This document shows, piece after piece, positions 1 to 13,317 of a DNA stretch of 64,000 nt. Every line of letters begins with the position of its first letter. Position 1 is the stretch's first letter. The translations under genes and the position numbers were made by a program. The notes under the pieces were generated by a model. It was not told the DNA's origin, did not search any database, and worked only from the letters and a program-made list of their open reading frames with translations. The DNA comes from Lama guanicoe (taxonomy: Eukaryota), in assembly GCA_013239625.1 (NCBI GenBank), contig MU053881.1, positions 124,001 through 188,000 on the forward strand, written 5' to 3'.

Positions 1-171
1 GGATGGGCCTCTAATAGGGAATTCTACGTAAGAGTAACAAAAGAAAATCGCTGTCAACGAATTCGAGATGGCCTAATTCCATTCTGAACAGTAACGTTTT
101 AAAGGTACCATAAGTTACAAGACTCTTTAAAAAAACAGATTTTGCAAGGTCATTAATCTCTCAACACTCAC

Positions 172-374
172 CTTAAAATCAAACGTGTAATTTGTGTAAG
201 GCATCAGGCCACTCTCGTAGGCACTCTTTAACTTGAAACCATGAGTGATCCTTCCGTTGGTTGTCCCATTTTTCCCATTACAGCTGAAGTTTGTAAGACT
301 TTCATTGTATCTCAGTTCCTTGAAGTCTTTATGGTTTGTTTCTACTCCACCAGTGCTCAAATACTCTACAACAC
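172..374 (-). CDS. CNOT6: CNOT6 coding exon 11 (GVVEYLSTGG...YTNYTFDFK)
   Basis: Acceptor ttacag|GT at 375/374, donor AAG|gtgagt at 172/171; 203 nt. Confidence 0.96.
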
Positions 375-1291
375 CTGTAAAGAAAATGAATGCACTTTTT
401 GCACTGTCAAGTATAATACAGTGAACACATAAAATAATTGAGTAAGTAGTTTTAAACCACACATATTCCCACTTTCTAAAATGTTTTACTGTTTTTTACA
501 TTGCCGGAAGTTGTATAAATCCATTTTAATATGGTTTTAATCACAGTATATTGAATATTTCACACGTCACTGTTATCACATGAACATGTGTGTCTTCTCA
601 ATTATCTTTTTTCAAATGATTCTTACAACTGGGCTGGTGTAGAGTATTTGTTAAACTAGTTTCTTATGTTTTAAAACTTCATGTTTCTACCTAAAAAAAA
701 AAATTAACACCTCAGTCAATATATCAGCATGTAGGTTTCAGCGTATGCTAAATTATTTATTGGTAAAAATACCAACATGAGGGTTCATTGTGGGGGGCAG
801 TGGGGGGGGGTGCGGGGGGGTGTATGTCCTGCCAGCTACTAAAGAGTCACAGACACTTCATCCTCCCTGGACACTGTTTTCCCAAAATGCTAAGTATAAG
901 ATTGGTTCTGCAAATATTTAATTTTCATTTAATTAGTTAGCAAAACTGGACACTGTCCCAAGTGTCTGTTATCAAAATATAGTTTTGTGACATGGAAATG
1001 GGTCTTAAGATCTGTGTTATTTGACAAGAGTCTCTGTTTGCCCCTCGGATATTTTGTTGCTAAACAGAGAATGAAAAGCATACAGAGAAACCGCCAGACA
1101 ATAACCCTCAACTGCTTCAGCAGCAGTAATCTCTGGATAGCTTTGATGAGATGGACTAAAGAATTATGGGTCTCTTATATCTATATCTTTATTTACCCTG
1201 AAATGAATTTTAACATAGTTTCTATCTTGTTAACTGCTCTCCATCTATCGTAAGGGCAGTGGCGCGCTACTGAATCTACCCACTCCAAACG

Positions 1292-1320
1292 TGTGTGCAT
1301 GGTGTGTGTGTGTGTGTGCA
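1292..1320. repeat. Interrupted (TG)n microsatellite
   Basis: gtgtgtgcatggtgtgtgtgtgtgtgtgca. Confidence 0.8.
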
Positions 1321-2016
1321 TGCTCATGCATGCAAGTCCAAGGGAAAGTATTCTCGTGTATACGGTGAGGTATAAACAAGGGGCTAAAAGACAAAAAAAG
1401 AAATACTCAGTTTGATATTACAAGGACTATGATTTATTTACTGTCCTATCTATGGAAAAGTATTCAAGAACAAGGCTTTCTGTATTCTTCTCCTTTCTCA
1501 TAAAAAAAAAAAATTTAGATTCTTATTCCTTTTTTGTTAAAATCACCTGCCAGATCTGTGCAAATAAAAGACCTAAATTTCCACCTGAGGCATATTTTTC
1601 TAATCAAGCATACCAAAATTTGAGATCCTTAAATATATGATCATATTTAAACTGGATTATATTACCACATGCTGGAATCTCAAAGAGGCTGTCTTAATAA
1701 CATTTTCAGAGTCTGGACTGTATGTTACCTAGGGACAATGAAACACTATTATATGTTCTTTAACGAGTTACTTCAAGTCATCGCCTACATGTTTACTGAA
1801 GATAATTAACATCCTTCCTTCTGAGGTTTTTCGTATCACTTCATTTTCAAAATGGGCCTCCTACTTCACAAAAAGAGAAAATTTTAACCTGATTCATGGC
1901 TGCCACTACAAACTGAGTTTTCATTTACTAAATTTGGAATTATCACAAACAATACATTACAAAAACACTTTAAGTCAGAGTAAATATTCTATATAAAAGA
2001 ACATTTTTTTTTTTAC

Positions 2017-2247
2017 CAGAGTCTGGCAAAGAATTAAGATCTGCACACAACACCAGAGGAATAGTTCCAAATTCTCCCAATACACTGGACTGGAGGCCTC
2101 TGGAGGCTTTATCAATAATGTTCTTCACTTCTGAGAGGAACATCATCGTCTGAACCAGCTTCACATCGGAGTACTCAGGGTCCCAATGCATGTGAGCATT
2201 AGCCACGAGAATAAGTTGCTTTTCTGTTCCAAGATGTGGCTTTCCAG
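2017..2247 (-). CDS. CNOT6: CNOT6 coding exon 10 (SGKPHLGTEKQL...AHMHWDP...CADLNSLPDS)
   Basis: Acceptor atatag|CT at 2248/2247, donor CTG|gtaaaa at 2017/2016; 231 nt; carries the His and DLN nuclease motifs. Confidence 0.96.
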
Positions 2248-3143
2248 CTATATTAGATAAAGAGAAAACAAAAAAGCCTTGTCCGTCATATATTCTCACA
2301 GGGTCTGAAAGCAAGTAGTGTCTCAGAGTCTCAGGAATAAAAAAGCACCCTAAAATTCACCTGATGACTGAGCCTGCCCTCCAGCAAACCTGAGAAACAG
2401 GCAGCTAACCTGTGGCTTGTACTTCCAGCAGAGGGTGATACACTACCCAAAGACAGCCCATTCTATTTGGGACAGCTTGACTTTTAAATACTTCCAGCTC
2501 CTTAAAACATCTGGGCTTAGTTCAGACGTCCCAAATTGAGCCTCACAAAATGAAATCTATACCCTTTTTCTTAAGATACATTGAGGACAGTCACTAAGTT
2601 CCATCTTTCATCTTTTCTATCCTTCAGGTTAAATATCCTTATTTCCAACTGTTTCTCAGGTGTCATAAGTTTCAGTTCTTGGCAGGATGGTCACTCTAAA
2701 TATATTATTAAATAAAAATATATATTTTAATTTCAAATAAGTGGTCCATTTCTCCAAGACTTAAGACTTTGAAAGTAATGACTACAAGTAGGTCAAGAAG
2801 AGAAGTCAGGATACAGAATATCCCTGTTGCCAAGAAAATACAGAAGACCTTTTCTCCACCAGTTATTTTAACTAACATTTACTTCAATATTTCTTTCATG
2901 TGAAAAATTCTTGGAGAGGGAAAAAAAATTTTTTCTTTGGCTTTATGCCTTTTAAGTTTTGAAATACTTTTCTGGGCAATGCTTTCTCATATTAAGCTTT
3001 GTGGTAGAGAAAAATGGTTATGCTTTAGAAAAGATTTAAATTCTGAGTTTCTTCAGGTATTACACAAGACTATTAATACATAATTTTCTGTTATCTATTA
3101 AATTTTGGAGGTCAATTTTACAGGAAGTGGAAAAGTCACTCAC

Positions 3144-3298
3144 ATGATATTTCAATCAACTCCTTTCGAAGTTCCAGCAGTACAGCAACTCCAATGTTAT
3201 CTTTTGTCATGACTCTGTTCAGCATAGCTTCAGATCCTTCTGAATTTGCCATTGCTAGCTGATTAAATTCAACAGTGTGTTTCTGAACCAAAGTAAAT
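3144..3298 (-). CDS. CNOT6: CNOT6 coding exon 9 (FTLVQKHTVEFNQLAMANS...KELIEIS)
   Basis: Acceptor ttttag|A at 3299/3298, donor CAT|gtgagt at 3144/3143; 155 nt. Confidence 0.96.
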
Positions 3299-3875
3299 CT
3301 AAAACAAACAAACAGACACAAACAAAGTTGGGAATACCAAGACCTTAGCTTTGTGGGAAGTGCAAATTTCCTAATCTTCCTTAACAGATATAATGGCATG
3401 TAAATCATAGTATGGAAAATCCTCCCAACACCAAGCTGTCCACGTCCACTTAAGCTGCTCTCAGTCTGTTACAGACACAAATAACATCTTGAAAAATGTT
3501 CACAACATAAGATAATGTAGTTATCTTCTATCTAGGTTTCATGCTGAAATATTCCATCCTGTACTTTTCAAATAATTCTCTTCCAAAGTATGGGTTTAAG
3601 AATCTCTCTACCACCCTGGAGGGAATGCAACTGCAAGGCCTTCAACAACTGGAGTTAGACCGTAGCAGACACACGGAGAGATAGCAGCACTTCCAACACG
3701 TCCTCTGAAACAATGTTATTTCTGATGAATCAAAACAAAACCCTATGAGTCAACAGTATTGTTTTCTTGAGAAATAATATAGTGCCTCATTTTCTTATTT
3801 GCCAACTAATTTCCATCCCCTTGACCCCCTCCCAGCAAATAGAGAAGTATTTTTTTAAAAAATAGGATGACTTAC

Positions 3876-4030
3876 TTTTCTGTCTTGAAGAATATTGCAC
3901 AGCCATCGACGTGTTTTCTCTCTTGTTCCGACATTGTCCTAGCTCTAGATTTAGGACTAAAGAACCCATTATAGCCACGTTCTTTCAGTTCTACCAGAAA
4001 AAAACTGTAATACTGTTCCGTTTCAACCTC
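3876..4030 (-). CDS. CNOT6: CNOT6 coding exon 8 (EVETEQYYSFFLVELKERGY...DGCAIFFKTEK)
   Basis: Translated by hand (absent from the ORF track). Acceptor tttcag|GAG at 4031/4030, donor AAA|gtaagt at 3876/3875; 155 nt; first codon is catalytic E240. Confidence 0.96.
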
Positions 4031-4299
4031 CTGAAAAATTGTAAACAACAAAGTTATTTCAAAATTAGTCCTATGAATTATTTTGTACAGTTTGAGAGCT
4101 TAAAATAATCTCAAAGGACTGATCTGTAGGATGAAGAATATAGTATCTTTTCGATGTAACTTATCTGAAATCAATCAGAACACCTACTTATCATTTTACA
4201 AGTACCAGCTGACAAAGTCAATTCTTTGTTGTTGAGAAGTAAAGACTGGAAAGACATCAGCTCTATGCATGTATATACTTCCTTGTATTTTAGAACTGG

Positions 4300-4450
4300 T
4301 GTAGAACAAGAATAGAGAGATAGAAGTAACTCCACAGATCACAATTTCAGGCCGTAAGAAGAAACTGACTTGCTCAAGGTCATAAATTATTATGAGAGTT
4401 GGACTGAGAACCTAGTTACTGTGTACCAGGTTTAATGTTCTTTCCACTCT
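4300..4450. mobile_element. MIR SINE remnant
   Basis: MIR-like core ...gaaactgacttgctcaaggtcata...gactgagaacctag...ttctttccact. Confidence 0.55.
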
Positions 4451-4787
4451 CATTATTCAGTTACCACTGGTAGTAAAGCAAAATTATACCTTGACAATGC
4501 CACAATTTCAGTAACATGGCCACCCAATTCATAACAGCAAGCAGGGGCATCGGGGAGAAAAAGGTGAACATTTGGCGATCATAGCAAATGCTTAAACCCT
4601 AGCTTAACCCATTTGCTTAGTTTGGCACCAAAGTGCTGCAATACAAAGCAATGAATGCTCTCAGAATTTACTAAATACAGAAGAAGTCAGTATTTTAATA
4701 ACTGCTACAGCCAGGACTTCAGGTTTCTTGCTTTATCAATGTTGGGGCATTTGTGCAATTTAAATAAATGCTTTCCAGCTGACCTAC

Positions 4788-4945
4788 CTGAAGACTCACG
4801 ACATCAGCGTTGCAGCTCAGGATTTCCTGGATGATGGCCTTCTTCCTGTAGTCCCAGTCCAGCGCCCACGACGGACAGTAGCCGTACAGCTGCCGGGTCG
4901 CATACTTATCACAAAGAACATTATAGCACATGACAGAAAACAAGG
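4788..4945 (-). CDS. CNOT6: CNOT6 coding exon 7 (ALFSVMCYNVLCDKYATRQLYGYCPSW...VVSLQ)
   Basis: Acceptor ctacag|CC at 4946/4945, donor CAG|gtaggt at 4788/4787; 158 nt. Confidence 0.96.
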
Positions 4946-5596
4946 CTGTAGGAAAGATAGCTTTACTTATTCACACACGTGGCAGAAAAAAAAAACATAA
5001 TTAATTTCAATAGTTTTCACTTAAATGCTAGGTTTGACTATTAATTCAATATATATTCACTGAAAAGCTACTAAGCGCCAGACAAGGCATAAATAAAGTC
5101 AGACAGTAAACGAAGGACAGACGTGTGAACAAATTATAATGCAAGTGATAACATGCTCCTGCCAGAGGTACGCACAGATGGCTCCGAAGCTAGAAGACTA
5201 AGATCGTGAGCCCTTCAGCCTCTAAGAGCAGGACTCCTCATTTCTCTACTCCCTCCCCCACTTCACCAACTGCTAATGGAGGATGTGGAGACCTGACAGA
5301 AGTTTTCGTATAGGCATCCTTCATTTTCTTCTACAGAGCAACTGTGACTAATTCACATGAAAAGAAAGGGGTATTATAGGGCAAATACTATTACATATAT
5401 CACAAAAGTGCCCGAACTGTTTTCAAATAATTTAAAAAGGAAATTAGAGGTCATTAGTTCAATTTCTCTCTCAAAGAGGTGTTCTATCTTAAAATTTTGT
5501 ATTATCAAATATATTCGGAACGTAGTAGGATCTGGAAACTTACAATATAGAAAGACTTTGGTGTATTTATTATAACTGAATTTGATCAATATTTTA

Positions 5597-5815
5597 CAGC
5601 AGGTTTTCTCAGGGGTGGCACCACTGACATTGCGGGTAGGTAAATTCTTTGCTGTGGGGTGCTGCACTGTACACTGTAGGATGCTCAGCAGCATCTCTGA
5701 TCTCTAGCCACAGGATGCCAGGGCACTTCCAACAGCTGCTGACAGTAAAAAAATATCTCCAGACATTGCCAAATGTCCTCTGTGGGATAAAATCGCCTCT
5801 GGTTGGGAAGTACAG
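5597..5815 (+). mobile_element. MER20-like hAT-Charlie non-autonomous DNA transposon
   Basis: Recognised motifs cactgacatt...gtaggatgctcagcagcatc...ctccagacattgccaaatgtcc...ggttgggaa; about 220 bp. Confidence 0.8.
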
Positions 5816-6008
5816 CTTGATAGCTTACTTTCTAGAGCACAGTACAGAGGCCAGGGAAACAAGAATTAAGTCTTTATTATCATCTCCAAAATCAAATCAA
5901 CCTTAAGCATTCTACTGTGACACTGCCCATCATCTAAAGCATGCTAATAATACTATTAGATTTACAATGACCAAGCAAAAGTAAGATCTAAAACATTAGG
6001 CTACCAAC

Positions 6009-6077
6009 CAGTTGGCCGTGTTCTGTCTGGTTCTTGTAGCATAATCCAAGATCTTGGTGGTGGCTGGTCTGTTGAAA
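6009..6077 (-). CDS. CNOT6: CNOT6 coding exon 6 (ISTDQPPPRSWIMLQEPDRTRPT)
   Basis: Acceptor aactag|TT at 6078/6077, donor CTG|gttggt at 6009/6008; 69 nt; follows an 81-nt intron. Confidence 0.94.
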
Positions 6078-6158
6078 CTAGTTCAACAAAAAACACAAAA
6101 TTAAACAATGTTCTTACAAGTCTCTATAAAAAAATAGTTTAATCAAATGACCACTTAC

Positions 6159-6263
6159 TTCCTTTTGCAGCACCTGCCAAATTATCAAGCAAATAGTTCA
6201 GCAGCCTTCTTGTTCCATCCGGTTCCAGATAGAGACTTAATATATCGTGGGTGAGTGGATTTC
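6159..6263 (-). CDS. CNOT6: CNOT6 coding exon 5 (GNPLTHDILSLYLEPDGTRRLLNYLLDNLAGAAKG)
   Basis: Acceptor ttccag|GA at 6264/6263, donor GAA|gtaagt at 6159/6158; 105 nt. Confidence 0.94.
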
Positions 6264-6399
6264 CTGGAAATATTTAAAACAGGTAAAATGAAACCAAAAC
6301 AAGTACTAAAATACTTCAAAACCGAAAAAAATACCAAATTATCAGATCCCCTATAACAATGTATTACTAACATACCAAATTAGAGAAAATATTTTTTCA

Positions 6400-7400
6400 G
6401 TTTTTAATGTGAAGAGTGAAAACGATTCACACCATGTTCTATAGAGGTCTCCAAAAAATGACTGTTAATGGACTGATGTCAATCTAGAAGATACCTAATG
6501 GTGCTCTGCATCTGAGCCTGCCTCGTCAACACTTTCGTAAGGACCAAAAGAGAGCAAAACTGGCTTGGAGAAGAGTGGGAAGAAGGACTTAGACAAAGGA
6601 AAGGTGACAGCAAATATGACGACTCAGAGGCTCAACACTTAAGAATGCAACAAAGTTGGTAAGAAAACATCCTGATGACAAGGGAGTCTAGCACTTCGAT
6701 TTTTAAAAATTCTGATGAATAATATGGGACACATAATATGGGAACAAGACAGGAAAAGCTTAGTTTCAGATTCACTCACTAGGGAAGGGGGAAAACTCCA
6801 GGATCACAATCCATCTGTAAATTCAATCTCTGTTTCATAAGTGCCAAAAAATAAAAGCAAATGCAATGATCTACATGTATCTGTAACTGTCACAAATCCT
6901 CTTAAGAAGGATTTCTCAGGTACATATGAGAAATAACAGTCCCGGACACTGTTTCAGAAGCAAAGTTCCTGTCCGTGCCATACAAGCGCCATACTATTCC
7001 GGAGGCCACAGCTCCATTTTAAGAAAGACTAATAAATTCAATAGATTGAAGAAAATAATGAAAATGATGAAAGATCTTGGCCATTCCAGATTAAAAAAAA
7101 AAAGATATGGGATATAAGAATGACCATAGCACAGAAAAAAAGTGTTTTCTTTTCCTTTTTTCTTGTAAAAGAGTAGACTCATAGCAGAATAAGGACCAAG
7201 GGATAAGATCTACTAGGAAAGCCAGCTCAAAGCAGAAGGGTAGTAAACCTCAGAATCATTTAAGACGAAATGCCTGGGCCTGTGAGGCAGTGGAGGGCCC
7301 TCCGCTGAAAGGTGGGTCACACGGATGGAAGAATAGCTGAGCTGGCTGACTTTAAGATCCCTAGGACCCCACAGCTCTTAAAATCTGAGAACCTTAAAGG
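6400..7400 (+). mobile_element. Ancient CR1/L3 LINE 3' remnant
   Basis: Degenerate CR1-type segments (aaaagcaaatgcaat, ccattttaagaaagac, cctgtgaggcagtggagggccctccgctgaaagg); boundaries approximate. Confidence 0.45.
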
Positions 7401-10400
7401 TAAAAATGTGCTCCTGTAAATGCAAAGTGTATGTCTACAGGGAGGCAAGTTACAACAGAATCGTTCCCCTATATGTGCACAGTTCTTTATAGCTACCAGA
7501 CGCTGAAATTTTCATTTAGTCACAATCCTATGAGGAAGATAGTTGTAACCGGAAAGTTACTAGGACTCTTGTTAAAGACATTTTGAGAAAATGAGGTCAA
7601 CTAAAAACTTCTCAGTATCAGATAAGCGTCCCATTCCAACTAGACCTTAACTAATGCTGTCTTTTTCCTACTTTCTAGTGCAAAACATTATTTAGAGGCA
7701 ACTGCTGGCTACTTATTAACTATGTGATCATCCCTTCTAAGATCTTTCTATAAAATTAAAAACCATTCTCAAACCCAAACATCTATTTTTGACTCTCTAA
7801 TAAATGCACAAAGCCAAATGGTATATTCCCCAAGATTTACTTGCTTTTTGAAATTCCTTTAAATCTAAAACTAGTCTGCTCTTCGTGCCTGGAAGAGTAA
7901 CATACTTAGGGTGAAGTTAACAAGCACAATACAATTCTGGAATTACAACACGGTGTCTCTGAGCCCTCAGAACTAAGGAACGTAACTGAATGAGAGAAGC
8001 CATTTCTGGAAGGATGGAGTAAACATCCTGCTAAGTACAACCAAAACCCCGTGACTGTGGGTAAAGAAACAAGACTCTGAAACGTGATGAGAAAGCAGAA
8101 TGACCAAAGACCTCAAGACTCGAGGAACAACACAGTGGTGAACTCCCTGGCTTTACTTTTTAGCCTCACAGATCCCAGCCATGAAGGTCAAGAAACCTGC
8201 AACAGAGAAACATCAATGGGTCCAGAAAAAGCTCCAACAGAAGCCCAAGAACAAGGAAAGGGCAGTCTAACAAATCCAGGCCTTCAGACAGTAACATCTC
8301 TGACGCCAGCTAAACACCACAGAAACATAAATGATGTCCTCTCTACTCGCGCCGGCCAAGACCAAGCAGTGAGCTTAGACTTCCACCCTTCTGAGGAAGT
8401 AAGGAGGTGCCCCAAAGCCCTAGCAGGTATTGCCAGAGACGACACCAAGTAGAGAGCTGGGACTTACATCCCCTCTAGGCAGCAACGAGCCCCTCCTCCT
8501 CCACCCTAGACTCTACCTCAACCCACAGTATCGAGGTGCTTCTGCCTCTCCTCCGGGGACTGGTGTCACAGGAGATGAGGAGAGTCAAGACCTTCACCAC
8601 CTCCCAGCAGTAATGAAGTCACCCAATGCGGTGACTCTTGGCACACAGGGAGCCAAAATTGCTACCTGCACCCAGTTAATCCTCAAGTGTCAACAAAGGC
8701 TAAAGGGAATCTTAACTCCAGCCGCCCTGGCCATTAGGAGATGGTGCGCTCCATTTCCCTGCCACAGCAGTCAGAGAAAGTCAGGGGGAAGTTTAAGTAA
8801 GACCTAAAGTCTTACAACGTAATATGAATATGTCCAGTTTCATGTGAAAATCACTAATCATATCAAGAACCAGGAAGATTTCAAAATGAATGAAAAAGAT
8901 AATAGATTCCAACACTGAGATGACAGAAACATTAGCATCATTTGATCAAAACAGAGAAAGCACAAAAAAACGCTTCAATGAGAAATTACAAACATGCCTG
9001 AAATAAATGAAAAAATTAAAAAACAGGACAATTCAATAAAGAAAAAGAAAGTTTTGGTAAACAAACAAAACACAAGAGAACCAAATGGAAATATTAAAAC
9101 TGGAAAATGGAATAAATGAAATAGAAAGCTCAGTGGATGAGTTCAACAGCAGAACAGAGGGTCAGAGAAAAGAACTGGTGAACTGGAAGACAGCACAACA
9201 GGACTACCCAATCTAAGCCGCAGAAAGGGAACGGGCTGAAGAGAAAAAAACAAAACAAAACAAAACAGAAGAACAGATCTTCAGGGACCTGTGGGACCAC
9301 AACAAAAAGATTTAACATATATGTCCTCAGAGTCATGGAAGCAGACGACAAAAACACAGGGCTGAAAAAGTACCCCAAAAATGGTTGAAAACTCGCCCAA
9401 TTTGGCAAGAAACCTAAACCGATAGATTCAAGAAGCTAATAAAACCCAAACTTCCTCTTTTGGAAAAAACTCAAAGAAATCTACACCAAGCAACATTATA
9501 ATTAAACTTCTGAAAACTAAAGACAAAGAAAAAAATCTTGAAGGCAGCCAGAGAAAAACAACTTTATCTGTAGGGGAAAAACAATTTGAGTAACAGCAAA
9601 CTTCTCATCACAAAGGTCAGAAGGAAGCGGCACAGAATTTTTCAAGTGCTGTAAGAAAAGAACTGTCAGCCTAGAACCCTATATCCAGTGAAAACATCCT
9701 TTAGGAATGAAAGAGAAACAAAGGCATTTTCAGATGACAGAGAACTAAGACAATGTGTTGCCAGCAGACCTCCCTTGAAAGAATCATTAATGGAAGTTCT
9801 CTAAATAGAAAGGAAGTGAGAACAGAAGGAAACCTGGAATATTAGGAAGGAAGAAAAGACTATGTTTTAAAAAAGGGAGGGGACAATTGTAATAGGCTTT
9901 CCTTCCCTCAGGTTTTCTAAGTCATGTCTGGCAGTTAAATAAGGGGGCAAGTAAAGAGTCAAAAAGAGTTACAGTTATGGTTTCTATACTTTATTCAAAC
10001 TGGTATAGTAATAACACCAGAAGACTGTAATGTTATGTTTCTATACTGAAATACCTAGAGCAATCACTAAAAAAGATATACAGATAGATAATTCAAACAC
10101 ACTACAGACAAATTAAAATGGAAATGTAAAAAAAAATGCTCAAGTAACCCAAAGGCAGGGAAGAAAGAAGAAAACAGAGAAACAAAAAACAAGGAGAATA
10201 GAAAACAAAAAATAAAATGGTAGATGTAAGCCCCAATAAATCAATAATTACAATGTAAATGGTCTAAATTACAGTGCAAATGGTCTAAATACACCAACTA
10301 AAAGACAGAGATTGGCTGAGTGATTTAAAAACATGACCCAACTATATGCTGTCTACAAGAAATTCACTTCAAATATAACAACATAAGCAGGCTAAAAGGA

Positions 10401-11862
10401 AAAGAATGAAAAAGATGTTGTGCAAACATTAATCAAAGGAAAGCAGGAGTGGCTAAATATCAGATAAAGTAGACAACAGAGAAAATAAAATTACCAGACT
10501 GCAAATGGCATTGTGTAATTAATAGTAACAGCTCAATATCCCCAAGAAGACACAGCAATTCTAAAATGTATCCACCAAACAACAAAACTGCAAAATATTC
10601 TAAGTAAAAACTGACAGAACTGAAAGGACAACAGAGAAATCCACAATTATAGTTGGAGACTTCAACAGCCCTCTCTCAAAAACTGATAGAACTAGACAAA
10701 ATCCACAGCATCATCAATCTAATAGACACTAGATAAACATATTGGATTTAATCAAGGTTTATAGACCATCTATCCAATAACAGCAGAATACATATTCTTG
10801 TCCAGTGCCCCAGGGACACATACTAGGACAGATCATATCCTGAGTAATAAACCAAATGTCTATAAATTTAAAAGATATTATACAGAATATATTCTTCAAC
10901 CACAATGAAATGATACTAAAAATGAGTAACAGAAAGACAATAAGGAAAATCTGCAAATACTTGGAAAATTCTAAATGATCCATGAGTCAAAAAGGAAGTC
11001 TCAAGGGAAATTTTAAAATGTACTGAGTTAGTGAAAATAAAACTACACCATTCAAAATCTGTTGCTGGATACAGCTGAAGTAGAGCCAAGAGGGAGATTT
11101 AGAGAATGATGAATGCATTAGAAAATAAATGAATATATAGAAGAAAAAAGTTTCAATTCAATCATCTCAGCTCCTACCCTAGAAACCTAGGGAAAAAGAG
11201 CAAAATAAAAGCAAAAAGAATAAATATATTAAAGAGCAGAAATGAATAAAATTGAAAACAAAAAAATAGAGAAAAAAATACTTAAGTTGTTTCTTTGAAA
11301 AGAGCAATAAAATTGACAAACATTTACCAAGACTGATAATGAAAAAGAGAGAAGACAAAACTACCAATACCAACAATGAAATCACTACAGACCCTACAGA
11401 AATCAGAAGAGTAAGGGAATACTACAGACAACTCTATATACATAAATTTAACAACATATACGAAATGGGCCACTTCCTTGAAAAACACACACCGTTACAA
11501 CTTGCCCAGTAGATGATTTAAATAGCATTAGACCTAGTAAAGGAAATGAATTCATAATTTTAAAACTAACAGAAAAGAAATCCCCAACCCAGATTGCTGC
11601 ACTGAAAAATTCTATTTAAAAAAGAATTAACTCAATTCTACAGAATCTCTTCCAAAAAACTGAAGGGAACACTTTCAAATTCATTTCATAAAGCTAGTAT
11701 TACCTTGATACCCAAACCAGGCAAAGTGAGTATAAAACAAACAAAACTGCAGACAAATATATCAATACAGAGTCAAAAATCTTTATGAAAATATTAGTAT
11801 ACAGATGTCAGCAATAACTAAATTATACATCATGATCAAGTGGGTTTTATTCCAGTAATGCA

Positions 11863-12081
11863 AGGTGGATGGAAAGACAAGCTACATATCAGGAGAAAAT
11901 ATGTGCAAATCATGTATTTGACAAAAGCCTAGTATCTAAAATATATAAAGGACCCAAAATCCAATAGTAACAAAGTAAGCAATCCAATTAGATAGGACAC
12001 GGGCAAAGACATAAGAGATTATTTCACAGACGATGCTATACAGATGACAAATAAGCATACACAAAGATACTAAATATCTTT
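11863..12081 (+). repeat. 219-bp exact copy of 14146-14364
   Basis: Compared base by base by eye; no mismatches found. Confidence 0.95.
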
Positions 12082-13317
12082 CAATATTTTAAAATTAATT
12101 ACCAGGCTAAAGAAGAAAAACTACATATCGCATGACATCAACTGATGCAGAACAAACATTTGACAAAATTAAACACCCACTCATGATTAAAAACTCTCAG
12201 AAAAAGAAGAATAGAGGGAAATCTCAAATAGATAAAGTGTCTACAAAATATCTACTGCTAACATACTCTATAATGAAGTACGTTTCTGGGGAAAAGGAGG
12301 AATGTCTGCTCTCACAACTCTCATTCAAGGTAGTGCAACAAGTTCTAGCCAGTGCCATAAGGCAAGAAAAAGGAAAGAAAATGTATGCATATTGAAAAGA
12401 AAGAAATCAAATTGTCCCTATTTACAAGTAACTAATTTTCTACATAGAAAAAAAATTTAATTGTCAAAAAACCTAGAATATAAAAAGCCATTATATTTCT
12501 GTATACTGGGAATGAATACATGGATAGCAAAGTTTAAAATATATTATCATTTACAATCACTCCAAACAGACAGATATAAATCTAATGAAACATTTACAGG
12601 ACTTACATACCAAAAACTACACAACAGGGATGAAAAAAAATCTAAGATCTAAATATATGGAGAGACATAGCATGTTCATGGATTGGAAAACTACATAGTA
12701 AAAATGTCAAGTTCTCCTCAATCTGATAAACAGATTTAACACAATTCTGATCAAAATCCCAGCAATATTTTTTGTAACTAAGACAAGATTATTCCAAGAT
12801 GTATATGGAAAGGCCAAAGAACTGTAATAGCTAAATCAATTTTGAAACAGAAGACTATAGCAGAGGAACCAGTCTATCCTATTTTAAGACTTATTACCCT
12901 GTTTCAAGTTCCAAAAACTATGTGATATTGGCAGAGGGATAGACACAGATCAATAAAAGGAAAAGAGAATCCAGAAATAGAGCCACACAGATATGTCCAA
13001 CTGACTTATGAAAAAGGTGCAAAAGCAATTTAATGGAGGACAGCCTTTTCAACAAATGGTGCTCAAGCAACTGGACATCTACAGGCAAAAAAACGAACCG
13101 GGAACTAATCCTCACTTCTTTTAACTCAAAACAGATCAGACTTAAATGTAAAACATAAAACCATAAAACTTCTCAGACAAAACATTGGAGAAAATCTTTG
13201 GTATTTAGAGCTATTCAGAGTTCTCAGACTCGACACCAAAAGCAGGATCCATAAAAAGAAAAACTGACAAACTGGATATCATCAAAGTTTAAAACTTTTG
13301 CTACAAAAAAAATCTTA

